A stretch of 64,000 nucleotides of DNA from Hydrolagus colliei (GCA_035084275.1 CM068747.1:1736001-1800000), one strand, 5' to 3'; positions 47,441 through 61,033 are shown, counted from the first letter of the stretch. A program made the numbers and translations. The notes: generated by a model from the sequence alone, not told the origin.

Positions 47441-47780
47441 GTGGAGTCCTGTAGCTCAGTGGTTAGAGCACTCGCCTCGCAAGTGAAAAACCTGGGTTTG
47501 ATTCCCACGGCGTTGGCAAGATTCCTTACTCCACATGACTCTGTTTATATAGAATACATGGAAAACCGGTTATTAGTCGATTGGCGGAAGGTTTTCGGGA
47601 GTAATAAATCATTAATTCCTTCCCCCAATTTGGAGTCAGGCTCTGCCATTGTTAAGCACCCTGAGGCACTTCCCTACATGGAGGACATTATATAAGTGCA
47701 AGTTGTTGTCTAGAAGACGTGATAAGGCGCTATCCAGGCGCTATTTGCTATATCAAATGCATGGATTATTATATTATATT
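47441..47780 (+). mobile_element. SINE with a tRNA-Ala-like head and a nested L2 type-B tail
   Basis: Head tagctcagtggttagagcactcgcctcgcaagtg (loop CTCGCAA, anticodon CGC). L2 tail at about 47615-47709, then the SINE tail resumes. Confidence 0.85.
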
Positions 47781-48408
47781 ACAGAATAGCATATTGCAGT
47801 ACTTATTATGGTGGTGTGTGTTAAATTAGTTTGGGAAACAGTGAGCACTTATGAATTTAGTTTTGCTCACTCAGCTTCCATTACTATTTCAAACCCATTT
47901 ATGGGATAATCAGTATTGAATGCACCTTGCTCTAATATTCAAAAGATGGTCACTCTTACAAAGAGCTCTTACAAAGGGAGTTCCGTCGATGTGGATTTTT
48001 TTTCAATTATTGAAGTCTCCTAATGAATAGCTTAAGATTTCTTAAAGTCATCATAATGTGCAAATAAAATATGAAAATGAAAGGCTGCACAGCTTCATTA
48101 TTCAGTGTGAATTTAGTGTGAGGGAATAGAACAGTCATGTTTTCATGTTGCAAACTTTGATCACTCCAAAACTTTAAAAGCACTTATATAAAATAATCTG
48201 TTGTCTAGGGTCTTGTTTCATTCAAACTGCAGTGTCTTTTTAAACCATGAAAAGGCTTTTGTGTGCTAATGAACCACATAATAAGGACTAAGAACATGTG
48301 TAGTTTGCCTCACTAAAGGGCCTTGATCATTTGTCATCTTGTTTAACGCTATACAAAGGTTGCCAAGGTCAGATCATTTGCTTTGTTAGAATAAATTCCT
48401 TAAATTTT

Positions 48409-48718
48409 GTGGATTCCTGTAGCTCAGTAGTTACGATTCAAAACCGTGAGATCTGTGTTCGATTCCAGCCAGATCAGGGTGAAACCTTGAGCAAGTTACT
48501 CTGCATGCCAGATAATAATCCCTCAAAATAATAATAAATTGGTCATTTCAATCCATGACTGTTTGTGGGACACTGATGTGTTCAATTGGCCACTGTGTTT
48601 CTCTCACAAATATACAGTCAATTCACTTTCCAGTACATTCTGAATATTATTGTGAAGCGTTTTGAGGGGTCTAGAAGATGTGAAAAGCACTATATCATAA
48701 GCAAGGATTATTATTATT
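48409..48718 (+). mobile_element. Full-length SINE ending about 40 bp from a SPAG16 donor site
   Basis: Head gtggattcctgtagctcagtag, B-box gttcgattcc, tail ggattattattatta. Confidence 0.9.
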
Positions 48719-48757
48719 AAACTAAATTATCATAGAGGAAAAATACATTTTGTTTAC

Positions 48758-48884
48758 CGTTCTGCCGTCCCAGAGAGAAATAGTTTTGTCTGCCGAACTC
48801 GTAAGTAGACTGTTTGAGAAGGGAACAAACTGAATGCTGTTTACAGAACTGACATGACCACGTAGTGTATATCTGCATCTTTCA
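48758..48884 (-). CDS. SPAG16: SPAG16 coding exon (127 bp): ERCRYTLRGHVSSVNSIQFVPFSNSLLTSSADKTISLWDGRT
   Basis: Lies within ORF 48722..48922(-). Acceptor tttacag|, donor |gtaaac. Complete GH...WD repeat. Confidence 0.96.
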
Positions 48885-49811
48885 CTGTAAACAAAAAAGA
48901 AAACATATGGCTGAAAATACAATATGTATTAACTATCTCAAGAATTCAATCCCATTTTCACCTCTGCTATGTAATAAACAGAAGAGATTTAGCTTGCAGT
49001 TATAGACTGACTGAAATGAAACTGAGCTCTGCAGTCAGTGGGTCGCTAACTGGATCCTCCAGTTTCTGTAACAGCTAAATCTAATCATCACTTCTAGATC
49101 ATGTTTTTCATGTTCAAGATGTAACTTCACCAATTACTTTCATTTGTGTAGTAATTTAAGGTGAATAGATGCCACCAAATCTCAATTTACCTCACAGGAG
49201 CACCTTACACATTGCACACGTATTAATGGGGGCTTGGGTGCAATAAACATCAGTACTCTGTACTGTATTGGATTTACATGAAAATCTCTTTGAGGCAGAG
49301 ATAAGACAGGAAAATTACTCAGATCTACTCATGCAAAGGTTGCATTGGAAAGTATGACTTTCACAGAGGTGGACTGTTTAATCTAAATGTCCTGCCAAAA
49401 GGAATGACACCATTGGTTACAAGCTAGTTGCCATAGGTCATTTGCTCAGCATGTGGCATACTGCAACAGCAGAACTGAGGGGCGATTCATTACCAGGAAT
49501 ACTTGGCAGACATATCTATCCTACCTTTCGATACAAAGTGAAAAAAAAACAAATGAACGTTTCTGACAGCATCTGACAATCATCCAAATGAGTTGTTCTG
49601 TTTCATCAATATTTCAGTAATTATTCTTGTACCACACAAGTTCTGTTTGAAATCAATGTCATTAAGGCATCATTTATTATTATAACTTTCAAACATACAT
49701 GTTCTTCCAAGGTGCAACCAATACATCATTTGATCTTTTCAAACAAGTACACTGTAACCATTTGGTCATGTTTCAATCAGTCTTTTCTTAAATGTTCCCT
49801 CATCCAATACT

Positions 49812-50015
49812 TTAACAACAACAACAACAAAATTACATGTATAGAATGCCTTTCACTTCGGGAAGACGTTCCCAAACAGTCAGGTCAGGACCCGAGCAAG
49901 GGGGAGGGACAGGGGAGGGGTAGCGAAGGGAGACATTGTGGAGGGGAGGGAGAGAGTTGGGAGGACAGCAGAAGGCCCAATCAAAGAGAAGGGTCTTGAG
50001 ACGGCTTTGAAGGAC
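49812..50015 (-). mobile_element. L2 3' fragment, tail type A
   Basis: (aac)n aaaattacatg..gcctttcacttcgggaagacg. Confidence 0.75.
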
Positions 50016-51540
50016 TCAGATGAAATTAGAGGGTCTTGTTTTGCTTTGTTGATGTATCAGAGGCATTCATTTATTGCAATTCTTTCACCTGCATGCTGCT
50101 TGCTGCTCATCAAAAGTGCTCTTCCCACCACCACCCCCACCGAGAAAAATATATAAAACTGAAAGCTTAAGAAATATATACAATATACATATACATATAT
50201 ACAATATAGTCTATATTAGAATTTTTTTCTAGAAACTAATTTCAGTTTGTTTGATTTACCAGTTCCTAAATGGAAAGAAAGAACCAGTTCAGAGATGTAT
50301 AGGTTGATTCTCTCCATCAAAGGCAGGTGGCTAGATCAGGTACATGGCAACAAGCAATGCCTGAAAGATAAGACCAGAGGAACAAAGGGGTTCTCCCAAA
50401 ACGGGAGCATCTGCAAGGTCACTGGATGTAAACAAGCCCATCAGAATGCTACACGTGTCTCATTTGCCTCTCCAGTAGTAGGAGAGACCAAAAAACAACT
50501 TTGATAATCGTTTGATAAGAGCCATATGTTTCAATTAAACTTCAAAGTATGAGAACCTACTGGGATACAAGTTATTTTTAGCTCAGCTGCATTAAAACAT
50601 TTTCCTTCACAGTATGTTATTACATTACTCAGTGCATTCCCATAGTGTACACAGGTAGTGAACATTCTGTGGATGGATGAATGTAAAACCACTCTCAAGA
50701 GAGAATGGTTAGCATCAAGGTTGTAAAGTATGGGGAGCTAGCTAACCAAGCACATCTGGATTCAATCAGTTCTGCTTAAACAGTATAATAACCCCATAAT
50801 ATTCAAGTTTAGTGTTTTGAAATAGGAAAATCAAATATGACAAGAGAGGAATAAGTATGTCAAAACTGAAAGAAATAGGGCATTTCCATTCAATACATAC
50901 TGAGAAAATACACGTCAGGTAAAAAGGTCAGATATTTTAGTAGCCAACAATGTATGTATCATTGGAAGTGCATACATTGTAAAACTGAATAATAATCCTT
51001 TCATTTGATATAGTGGCTTAAAAGTGGCTCAAAGCGCTTCACAGAATACAATGTAATGTGAAAAGACTTTACAGTATATTCTGTGAAGTACGTACCAATA
51101 ATGAAGTATGTATTTCTGTAATAATTTGAAATCTCTGCACTGAAATTCCGCTAGATGTTTGTTTAATTAAGTGACTTTGATGATGCCTAATTATAATGGG
51201 TAAAGCACATTAGAGACTGACATCTTCCACATTGCTACACAAATCGACAACCAGAAATTAAGGCATCTGATGTCATGAAGCTGATGCAAACTAATTCTTT
51301 GGCATTAAAATAGAGCAGTTGTGGTCCATGGGGCTAGTGAGAATATGGCACCAATCAAGAAATATTCCATCAAGAAAATTTATTTTGTTAGCCAACCAAA
51401 AGGTTTGTCCACCACTGAAATAGAGCAAATGCAATTATTTCTGGTCCTCTGTCAGGAAGCCGAGTCCTTAATTGTCTGGAGAAACCTTAATTGTTGCATG
51501 CATGTAAGGTAAAAAAACTCATTTTAGATTTAGGTCAAAA

Positions 51541-51830
51541 TAATAATAATAATAATCCTTGCATTAGATACAACGCCTTTCATGTCGAAACAGCTCAAAG
51601 CGCATCAAAGGATACACTGTAAAGTGCAGTGACTGTACATTTTGTGGGCTTGTAGCCATATGTAAGGAGTTCTCTGAAGTTGCTGGTGACATATTCTTCC
51701 TGCTCACAGTCAAAGATTGGAAGGGCAGTAAGATTCAAAGAGATTTTAGACAAACTTCTACATTTTGAGACGTCTCAAAGATGTGAAAAGGCGGTACATC
51801 AAATGCAAGGATTATTATTATTATTTTTTA
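51541..51830. mobile_element. Two SINE tails in opposite orientation (51541-51650 minus; 51762-51830 plus)
   Basis: taataataatccttgcattagat.. and ..caaatgcaaggattattattatta. Confidence 0.85.
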
Positions 51831-52068
51831 TTATTAATTTCCCACTCGATTTCAAATACTGTTTCAAGTAAGCTTGTACACTGTTCTCCCTGTGTCCGAC
51901 TTGATGGATGATTAGCTTTCCAGGAACATCATCTTCCTGGTTTAAATGGGCCCTCCTTTAAATGTGTGCAGTGTCTATCTATACCTTCTCTCTCTCTCTG
52001 TAACTCTTTCAGTAAGTAATGATTGATATGCTTTATCATATAAGCCATTAATTATTTTTTTCTCTCAC

Positions 52069-52254
52069 CTATGAATATCCCAGATTTTGCCAGTCTTATC
52101 CATTGAGCAGGAAGCCAAAAAGTCACCACATGTATGCCATGAACAGCCCCAGGTGGAAGAGAGGTGACCCTTGAATGTCAGCAAACAGTCAACCTTCATG
52201 AAATTCCATATCTTCACTGTACTGTCTCCACTCACAGTTGCGATCAGGTTGCCA
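52069..52254 (-). CDS. SPAG16: SPAG16 coding exon (186 bp): GNLIATVSGDSTVKIWNFMKVDCLLTFKGHLSSTWGCSWHTCGDFLASCSMDKTGKIWDIH(S)
   Basis: Acceptor ttgtag|, donor |gtgaga. Open frame with WD40 motifs (GD-T-K-W, GH, D-T-KIWD). Phase 2 at both ends, matching the flanking exons. Confidence 0.95.
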
Positions 52255-52298
52255 CTACAAAAGAAAGAGAAAATTTAAGAAACATTGGAAACATATTT

Positions 52299-52598
52299 AT
52301 AATAAATAATGCTTGTATTTTATCACATCTTTGAGATGTCTCAAAGTGCTTCACAGAATATACTGGCTGGAAAGTGGCAGCCAATCATGGATTGAGTGAT
52401 CAAATTATTTTGATTTATTTTGAAGGAACTGTTACCCCTGGAACAGCGATCTGCTAATTGGCTAACATCCACGTTCCTACTTACAAAAACCGAGGAACGT
52501 GGAGGAATGAAACTTGCCAAACTTTTCACCCTGCTGGAAATTGAACCAGGACCTCTCGCTTGCGAGGCAAGTGCTCTAACCACCAAGCTACAAGACTC
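52299..52598 (-). mobile_element. Near full-length SINE about 45 bp upstream of a SPAG16 exon
   Basis: Head on + reads ctctcgcttgcgaggcaagtgctctaaccaccaagctacaagactcc. Confidence 0.88.
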
Positions 52599-54121
52599 CC
52601 TTTGCTTTTTGGCTACAATGATTGCACTTCCTGTTTCAGGCAAATGGACTAGATGATAGGAGGCAGGATTCATTATTCTCATTTTATTTCCAGAGGGTGG
52701 GAGCAGAAATACTGAAGGTCTATGGTAGGGCAGGCAGGATGGAGGTCATTAAGCAAACCGATCGGAGGGAGAGGGAAGGTTGGTGAAGTATAATGCAGAA
52801 ATAGCAAGACCATGGAGCGCTTTGAAAGTGAGAGGTTTTACAGATTTAAAAATTATAATCGAAGTCTTTCTTTAGTAATCTGGAACTTCTTGTGTTCTTC
52901 TGTGGAAACTGTAATCTGGAGTGGAGCTGCTTAAATATGCGATATAGATTATCAATTTACACAGTAAAGATCAATACTGAGTTGTATTCCATGGGGTATT
53001 TTACAACATAAACCCTTTATTCCCAATTTTTAAAACAAAGAAGCAAAGCAAATATCAAAGTACAGTAATATTATTATTGTGTAATATATAACTTGGGAAA
53101 TGTTTATTTTTGAACAAAAAAACACCAACTAGAAACAGTATAGCGGTTGACAATGATTCCAAAGTATGTTTTCATCTTTCATCAATAATAGATAACAGGC
53201 ATCAGACCTATGCACATTGTACACATTCTTGCTTAACACAAGCTTGGTGCAAGTTCTGAGAAAATATAAAGGCCGACTTGCTGCAAGTCTGGAAGCTCTT
53301 TGATGGAACTTTTGGCAGCAGGAGTCTAACTTAGAACACTTTCTAAAAAGCAAATAGCGAGGGTTATGGTTCTTAAGAGCTATCCTGCAATGAAACTTAG
53401 TGCATTTAACTCCTGCTTCACACTATTCACTGCTTTTTCCCTCAAATCATTACATTTATACCCCTTTGCCTGAAGTAGGACTCTGAAAATGAAGAGTCAG
53501 AGTTTTGCATAGCTGAGATTTCAGTGAAAATGTTCAGATTCATATTTCTTTGCACTTCTTTGCTCTCTTTAAAACAAATAACCTACGGTAGTCATTCTGC
53601 TGAACGGACTTTGGAGATTGACAGTGAGGGTTCTTTCCTTGTGAGGAAAAGATGACCAGATTATGCACTGCAGAGAAGATTCACCTCTTATTTTGCATAA
53701 TCTGGTCATCGTTTCCTCAAAAGAAGGAAACGAGACTTTGAGACTTTGAGGTATATTTTCTAATGATGCTGAGGTTTTCTTCCTCATTCAGCGTTATTGT
53801 TAAAATTGTAACTTAACAGAATCAATATCCAGGAATTCATAGCTGCTTTAATGATCTGCTTTGCTGACCTTTCTTTAAAAGTATTGAAAGTAAATATGAT
53901 TGCTCTGCTGAAAGCTTAGAAACTACAGAGGAATTGTTTCCAGTACAGTCTGACAATGACCTGTGATTCAACTCAATGAATTTTAACTTATTTTACTTGA
54001 CTTATCCATCTCCACTTAGGTGAAAGATGATAGTAAAAATACCCGCAATAACCCTCTGAAAATCATCACTCTCATTTAGTCAAGTGGTGATCAAGTGTAG
54101 AAACGCACATATAAAATACTG

Positions 54122-55290
54122 CTATGGTTCCATTCCTACCTGACCCACCGTTTACACTTTGTTTTTTCCAACGGTTTTTCTTCAAACCCCCGCACAGTTT
54201 CTCACGGCGTCCCTCAGGGCTCTGTTTTAGGCCCCCTCCTTTTCACCCTTTACACGCTCCCTCTGGGCAACGTCATCCGCAAACATGGGGTAAATTTCCA
54301 CATGTATGCGGACGACACCCAGCTGTACCTTTCTCTCATCCCTCAACCCCCAGACCATCAATGTTCTGACAGCATGTCTGTCCGACATCGAGTCCTGGAT
54401 GAGGGACAACTTCCTGCAATTGAACGTGAGTAAGACCGAGGCCCTCCTGATTGGCTCAAGCCAGCGCCTCCGCACATCGGGCGCTGCCAGCCTCAACATC
54501 CAAGGCTGCACTCTCCACCTCACAAAGCCAATCAGGAACCTCGGCATCATGTTCAATCAAAAACTCTCCTTCCTCCCCCACATCCGTGTCTTGACCAGCA
54601 CCGTTTATTTCCACCTGCGCAACATTGCCAGGCTCCGCAACTATCTTACCCCCCGCGCTGCCGAAACACTCGTGCACGCATACATCATCTCGAGGCTGGA
54701 CTACGGAAACTCTCTCCTCGTCGGCCTCCCCAGCTCCTCCATTCACAGGCTGCAGGTCATCCAAAACTCTGCAGCCCGTGTATTATCCCGCACCTGCCTC
54801 CGCGACCATATAACCCCCACCCTCGCCCGTCTCCATTGGCTCCCCATTCTCCAGAGGATCGAGTTCAAGATCCTCGTCCTCACCTTCAAGGCCTTACACG
54901 GCCTTGCCCCGCCCTATTTAACCAATCTATTTTCCCCCTACAAGCCCACCCGGACCCTCCGTTCAACAGGACTTGGCCTGCTCCAAGCCCCCCGCCCGAA
55001 CCGCCCCACCATCGGAGGCCGGGCCTTCAGTTTCTCCGCTCCCACCCTATGGCATGCAATCCCTCAGTCTCGTTTCTTCCCTTTCCTCTTTCAAGGCCGG
55101 TTTGAAGACTTTCCTCTTCGACCGTGCCTTTTGTTCCACCCCGAATTTTTCGACCTCCCCTTCGTGTCTCACCCCTTCCCAAACACTCCCCTCTCAGCTC
55201 GGGTCACACGCCTCCTGTGCAGCGCCTTGGGATGTCCTCCCGACGTGAAAGGCGCTCTATAAATGTAATTTGTTGTTGTTGTTGTTGTTG
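54122..55290 (+). mobile_element. 5'-truncated L2-clade LINE (RT C-terminal half, 3' tail, (TTG)n), tail type A
   Basis: [13 protein letters not shown] and [10 protein letters not shown] motifs, then ORF 54306..55262 ([37 protein letters not shown]). Tail gtgaaaggcgctctataaatgtaattttg(ttg)n. Frameshifted. Confidence 0.95.
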
Positions 55291-56398
55291 CTAACTAAAA
55301 TTCTCAAGTTTAACATGTAAATATTCCTACCTAAAATCACCACATTTGCTAATAGTTGGCTCAAATGTGCTGGCTGAGTTACAGTACGCATTTTAATGAT
55401 GGCAGGAGAATAATATCTGAATATTTTCTGGAGAGGTAGAAGCACTGATATAAATGTGGATGGAGAAGAACAAACCTCAGCATTCAAGAAATTTCTTCAA
55501 GAGAAAGATGCAACCAAGATTTTTCTAGGCTGGCTGGGAAACCGATTACGAATTAAGTCGTTTATATATTGTGAAAACAAAATACCTGTTTAAACTTTCT
55601 CTTCGTTGTGCCATTTTGAGTTTAGTGAAATACTGTAACTTTATGCGTGAATACACCAGTAAAAAGTAAAGGATTAAAGAATGACCAGTCAACTGTGAGT
55701 TCATTTATTTTTAAAGTTAATGGTTATTCCCAATCGCATATAGATTTCCAATTTCAACAATATTGCTTTATTTAATAGTTACGTGTTATTTACATTTCTT
55801 TCAATATTTTGTTTTGCTATTCTAAACTTCAGCATGATTGCCAATCAATATTTCTGTGTTATGTAAAGCTTTCAATTTTGCTAGGTCTGAAACTACACTG
55901 CAAACAACAAATACATTTTGAATATCCTGCTATTTTTTAGACTCCAATTTGGTCACTGTGCAACGTGTCACCTAGATAGGCTCTAAGAATTATTTCAATA
56001 TTTGAATGGAACTGAGCATCCAAAAGTAACATTCTGACCAAAATAGTGGTGGGTCCTGCAACAAAATGGTGATGTGATGCTCAAAGGAGCAAAATGCAAG
56101 TGGCATAACCTGAGCTGCCATTTTGGTTTCCAAATCTAAATTAGACTTCTCTTGGAACACAAATGCTGTATGGTATATCATCCCACTTCCACATAAACCA
56201 AATTTCCTCAGTTATCTGTGAAGATTATTAACTCTTTGCATTTCTCAAGTTTGTTTGAACGTGGTTGCAAAAAAGTTGGGAATGAAATAAGTCATCACAT
56301 TTATAAGAATCATCCTCCGAATTCACTCAGTTCACTAAACTCAGGGTACAGTACTATATGTGTAAAACATTTTATATATACTGTTACAACAGCTTGTA

Positions 56399-56650
56399 CT
56401 TATAAATGACCTTTTATGTAAGCTAACATCTCAAAGTGCTTTCCAAAGATGGAGTGAAAACAAGCAAGATGGGTGATAGAGGTGTGATGTGGGTCAGAGG
56501 TGATTGAAGGCACGGTCAAAGATAGATTTTTAAGAGGGATTTGAAAGCAGAGAGGGAAGTACATGAGATGGAGGGATTCTGAGAGAGTATAGCACAAAGT
56601 GGGCATAATGGCGACACACAGCAGGTTGTGGAACAGCGGGAGTGGCGCTG
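56399..56650 (-). mobile_element. Old L2 3' fragment
   Basis: Minus strand encodes ..SLSAFKSLLKIYL, with a degenerate tail. Confidence 0.6.
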
Positions 56651-56676
56651 GAGGAAACTGCAGAATGATCTAAAAT

Positions 56677-56770
56677 GGTAAAATACTGCTGATGCTGGAA
56701 ATCTGAAACAAAAACATAGATACTGCCTGGCCTGCTGTGTGTTCCCAGCGACTTCTGTTTTTGTTGCAGA
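56677..56770. mobile_element. Internally deleted, partly palindromic copy of the same short repeat
   Basis: ctgatgctggaaatctgaaacaaaaaca...cccagcgacttctgtttttgttgcaga; the two arms are roughly inverted. Confidence 0.5.
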
Positions 56771-57749
56771 ATTATCTAATACCTGCTGATGTTCACAAAA
56801 CATTTACTATGTTATTAACATTCAGTTGTAGATGTACAACTGTAAATTAAACTGTAATAAATCAAATGGAAGTTAAAATTTCAAGGAATACATTTCATCT
56901 AGCATTAGGATATACAGATCATATCCAAGACAAGCAGCAAGTCAACCATATTCATTGAATTAGCATTTTGGAATCACGTCAAATGATACGAGGAAGTAGC
57001 AATTATCTGCCCAGCAGAATGTTTTGAAACTGCAGAATACAATGCGTTCCAGAAATCAACTCCAAATTTAATTTGGCATGATGCCCATTCAGATGCTATT
57101 TCCACTATATATATGTAGGGCTTATTGTCTCGAGTAACGTAGTTTTGGAATAAGTGCCTTCAGTTAGCTGATTACTTGTGCTTTTAAGCAACAAATTGTC
57201 TCATATTGGAGCACAAATTTGGCGGGTTTTGCTGTATAGATCTATAAATGCAAAAACTAAATATTTTGCAAAACTTAACCAAAGAAAAATTTATCAAGAT
57301 TTTAATATCATCATTAGAAAGTAAATTTGCTGATGATTTTTGTTGATAACTTCAAATTCCCAAATGCTCATCAATCTACTTACACACTTGCAACACATTA
57401 ATCAACATATTAATAAGCATGCTCAAACAAACAGAAATTGCAAGTAAGAGTTACTAATTCTCAGCCTACACTTTACTACATCCTCCCGACGTGAAAGGTG
57501 CTATAAAAGTATAATTTTGTTGTTGTTCTACTAAAATCCCAGCTTTTGTTTTTGTAATGCTTGTCAGTAATGTTTTAGACTGAGTGCTTCGATCGCAAAC
57601 ATGTTGATGTCAGACCATATGGATCATGTCAATCAGTCTGCAAATATGCTTCATCAGGCATGAGTGTGATAGACATGCCTGTGACAGATGTTCGAATTTA
57701 TAACCACTGTTGGTAAACAACACTGAAGAATTTCTTTGTAAATAACACA

Positions 57750-58537
57750 TTATGAACTTGGACAAGATGGAAGCCATACTCCTGGGCTCCCATCAATGTC
57801 TTCACTCCTCTGGTTCTAAACTCTTTAACCTCCCCAGGCTTTCCCTCAGTCTCACTGAACCAGTGCGCAATCTTGGCTTCCGGTTCGACCTTAGCTGTTC
57901 TTTTGTCCCTCACATTCAGTCCCTGACCAGAAATGCCTTCTTCCACCTCCGCCACATTGCCCGTCTCCAACTGTACCTTACTCTAAAAGCAGGCGTAACC
58001 CTTGTGCCTGTGTTTGTCACCCCTCGCTGGATTACGCTAACACACTCTTCGCCAGTCTCTCCAGCTCCCCATACCAAAAAATCCAGCTGCTGTCTGCTTA
58101 CTGACCTAGACCAAATTCCGTACCGACATCTCACCAGTTCTGGACAGGCTTCACGGGGTCCCCATCACCAAATGATCGACTTTAAGATCCTCACACTCAT
58201 GTTCAAATCCATTGATTCCTTAGCACCTCCCTACATATCTGACCTCCTCACACCCCAAACCACCACCTGGACTAGGATGGACTGCCGCTCATCCCTTGCA
58301 AGCTGCTCCACACCATCGAAGGTCGCGCTTTCAGCTCCTATGCCCCCAAACTCTGGAACACTCTCCCTCAATCCCTCTGCCTTGCTGTCTCTCTCCCTTT
58401 TCAAGTCCCACCTGAAAAGCTTCCCCTTGACGCCACCCCCTCCCCACCCACCCTGGCTCAGAGTAAGGTTCTGCCACTGTTAAGCGCTCTGAGACGCTAC
58501 ATGTATGGAGGGTGCCATATAAGTGCAAGTTGTTGTT
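57750..58537 (+). mobile_element. Degenerate 5'-truncated L2 LINE, tail type B
   Basis: ORF 57752..58483 is homologous to the 43.4-44.3 kb copy. Tail aagcgctctgagacg..tataagtgcaagttgttg. Confidence 0.92.
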
Positions 58538-60494
58538 ACTGTTTGAAAAAAATGCTTTGGGGGAGTTTATTACTCAATTAGGGAAAAAATTTATTGGAAC
58601 AGTACACCTTTAAGTGTGAATCTTTATAAATATAAAACAACTTCAATGAAAAACGTGAGTGACAGAAACAATTACTAGTATAGTTGATCATTTTTATGCC
58701 TTGTATTCCACATAGGATTTTGCGCTGCACTTCAGTAGACCTGGGACCAAGCAACCACCTGGAGTAAGCTCTCGGGAATCATAACAGTGCTGAATGCCCT
58801 CCTATCATGCACAATTTTATCTGCTGTGAGATTTTCATGAATAAGCTTTTTTAAATTATCTTCTTTGCATAAATTACCTGCACGATATGTAATTCACTTA
58901 AGAAACTGGGTCATGTTATTATTGATTTTTTTTCCAATATACAGTAGTTATATATTTGTTTAAGAATATTTTTAAAGAATATACAGTCACTTCACTTTAC
59001 ACTAAATCTTGTGAAGCTTTTTGAGATATTTCAATCAAATTACATCTATAGAATGCCTTTCACGTCGGGAGCAATAATATGATAAGGTGCTAGATCAAAG
59101 GCAAGGATTATTTATTATTATTCAGCTGATGCCGCTGTGCCAATCTAAGCTTCAGTGATTGCTTTACATTTCAAACACCTTCCCTGAGGAAGAAAAAGCA
59201 AGGATAATCCACATAATTTTTAAAAACATTTTATCAACCACATCATATGTAATTAATCTTTCTTTCTTTAACTCTGATAAATGGGAAAAATCAAAGGATA
59301 CGGTATGGGCAAACAAGAGGATTAGAAAGCTTTCAACAAATTTACTACCGAGCTTTGTGTCATTCAGCAAATTCTCACAACAAAGCAGATATCTTGCCAA
59401 CACTATGCAAGCTTTCCAAATGCACTCCATTATTAGTATTCACCAATGAACAAGGATCACGACCAAAATAGCTTCCTGCCAATGATTTTCTTGGCTGGTG
59501 TACTCTGTGTTACAGCTCGCTTTTTTTGTTCTTTTTTATTGCCCCTGTTCCATCCAAGTAACTAAAAGATTAAATTAGACTAATTCTAGCTATCGAGAAG
59601 ATGTTGCTCAAATTAACTCTTATAATACTGTTCATTCAGATGCTAAGAAGCACAAAAATTGATCAATGCATTTTTTAATAAATGTTCTTGGGATTCAAAT
59701 AATCCTAAAAAAATTAAGCTTCATGATCTACACATTTATATTATCATTTGGATTGTAGGACAATATACATTTTTTATTTATGCTCCACAAAAACACCTCC
59801 AGTTTGCTGTTCTATGTTGGACTACTAAATTTCCAGTCCCCTTTTCCATCAGCAAAACCCATTAACGCACTTCATCTCCTTGACGTGTGATAAAGTCACA
59901 AAGAAAGATTAATGATTATAATACCATTTACTGCATATCCACAATATATCCACAACTAACTATTGAGGAAACTGATGAATTCATTAACTTCAGTTCTTAG
60001 GTACCAACGTTTCTGGTTTGTGCATGACAAGTTGCCCTTACATTTATAACCATTTTTCTTTTGTACTCAGGGGAAGCTAATTTCATATCTTATATTGTGG
60101 TATCATGTCACACTTGCACCACATTCATGCTGGAAACTTTTGAGACCTTTCCCCACAATTTGTTCAGCTGTGCCCACTCCCAGGCTCCCAGTCAGCTCTG
60201 TGAAGCGTTTTAAAACATCCTCCCAATGTGAAAGGCATAAATATAAAATTACTGGTATTATGTCTTTTTACATGTGTTAATATTCTTTCAGGTAATTCAT
60301 TATGCAAAATAAGTTTTCTTATCACTGAAGGTAACTTTTCGCCTTGCAACACAATGTTTAAAATCCATTTATATTTGTGTATGGGTTTGAAGGTCACTTT
60401 CATCTTTTGTACCAACACCTGCTAATCCACATACTTAATGACATCCATTTATTTTTACCTTGTCTCAATCAACTACAAAGAATGATTAACAGCA

Positions 60495-61033
60495 CAATGG
60501 AAACTCCCTCCTCGTCGGACTCCTCAACCCTCCCCTCCACAAGCTGCAGATCATCCACAACTCTGCAGTTCATCTCCTCTCCCACACCCATCACGCCTAC
60601 TCTCGCCTGGCTCTACTGAATGACTCCCCATCACTTGAAGGATAAAATTAAAAATCCTCATCATCATTTTCAAAGCCCTCCAGAACTTTGCCTCTCCTAA
60701 TTCTCTGACCTGTTGACCCCCTCTCAACCTGTCTGCTCTCTCCGCTCAGTAGACTGGTCTGCTCCAGGTCTCCTGTTCTACCCGCCGTACCATTGGCGGC
60801 CAGGCATTCAGTCTTTCCATCCCACAATCACCTTCATCTTGCTCTCTTCACTTGCCTTCTTCAGGGCATGACTTAAGACCCTCCTTTTTGATCGTGGATT
60901 CAGACGCTCTCCTACCCCCTCTCCCTCCTCCCCACTGTGCCCCCGCCATGCTCAGGCCTGAATCCTGCCTGTCCAGCACCTTGGGACATCCTCCCGATGT
61001 GAAACGCGCTTTACAAATGTAATTTTGTTGTTG
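60495..61033 (+). mobile_element. Degenerate L2 3' fragment, tail type A
   Basis: Homologous to 54700-55290; ends ttacaaatgtaattttgttgttg. Confidence 0.88.

Noticed and set aside
47441-47510. Functional tRNA-Ala gene
   Set aside because: No acceptor-stem closure, degenerate B-box, and it continues into a SINE body; this is a SINE head.
54306-55262. Intact or domesticated RT gene
   Set aside because: 5'-truncated, no endonuclease domain, frameshifts after YADD and near the C-terminus; an ordinary dead L2 copy.
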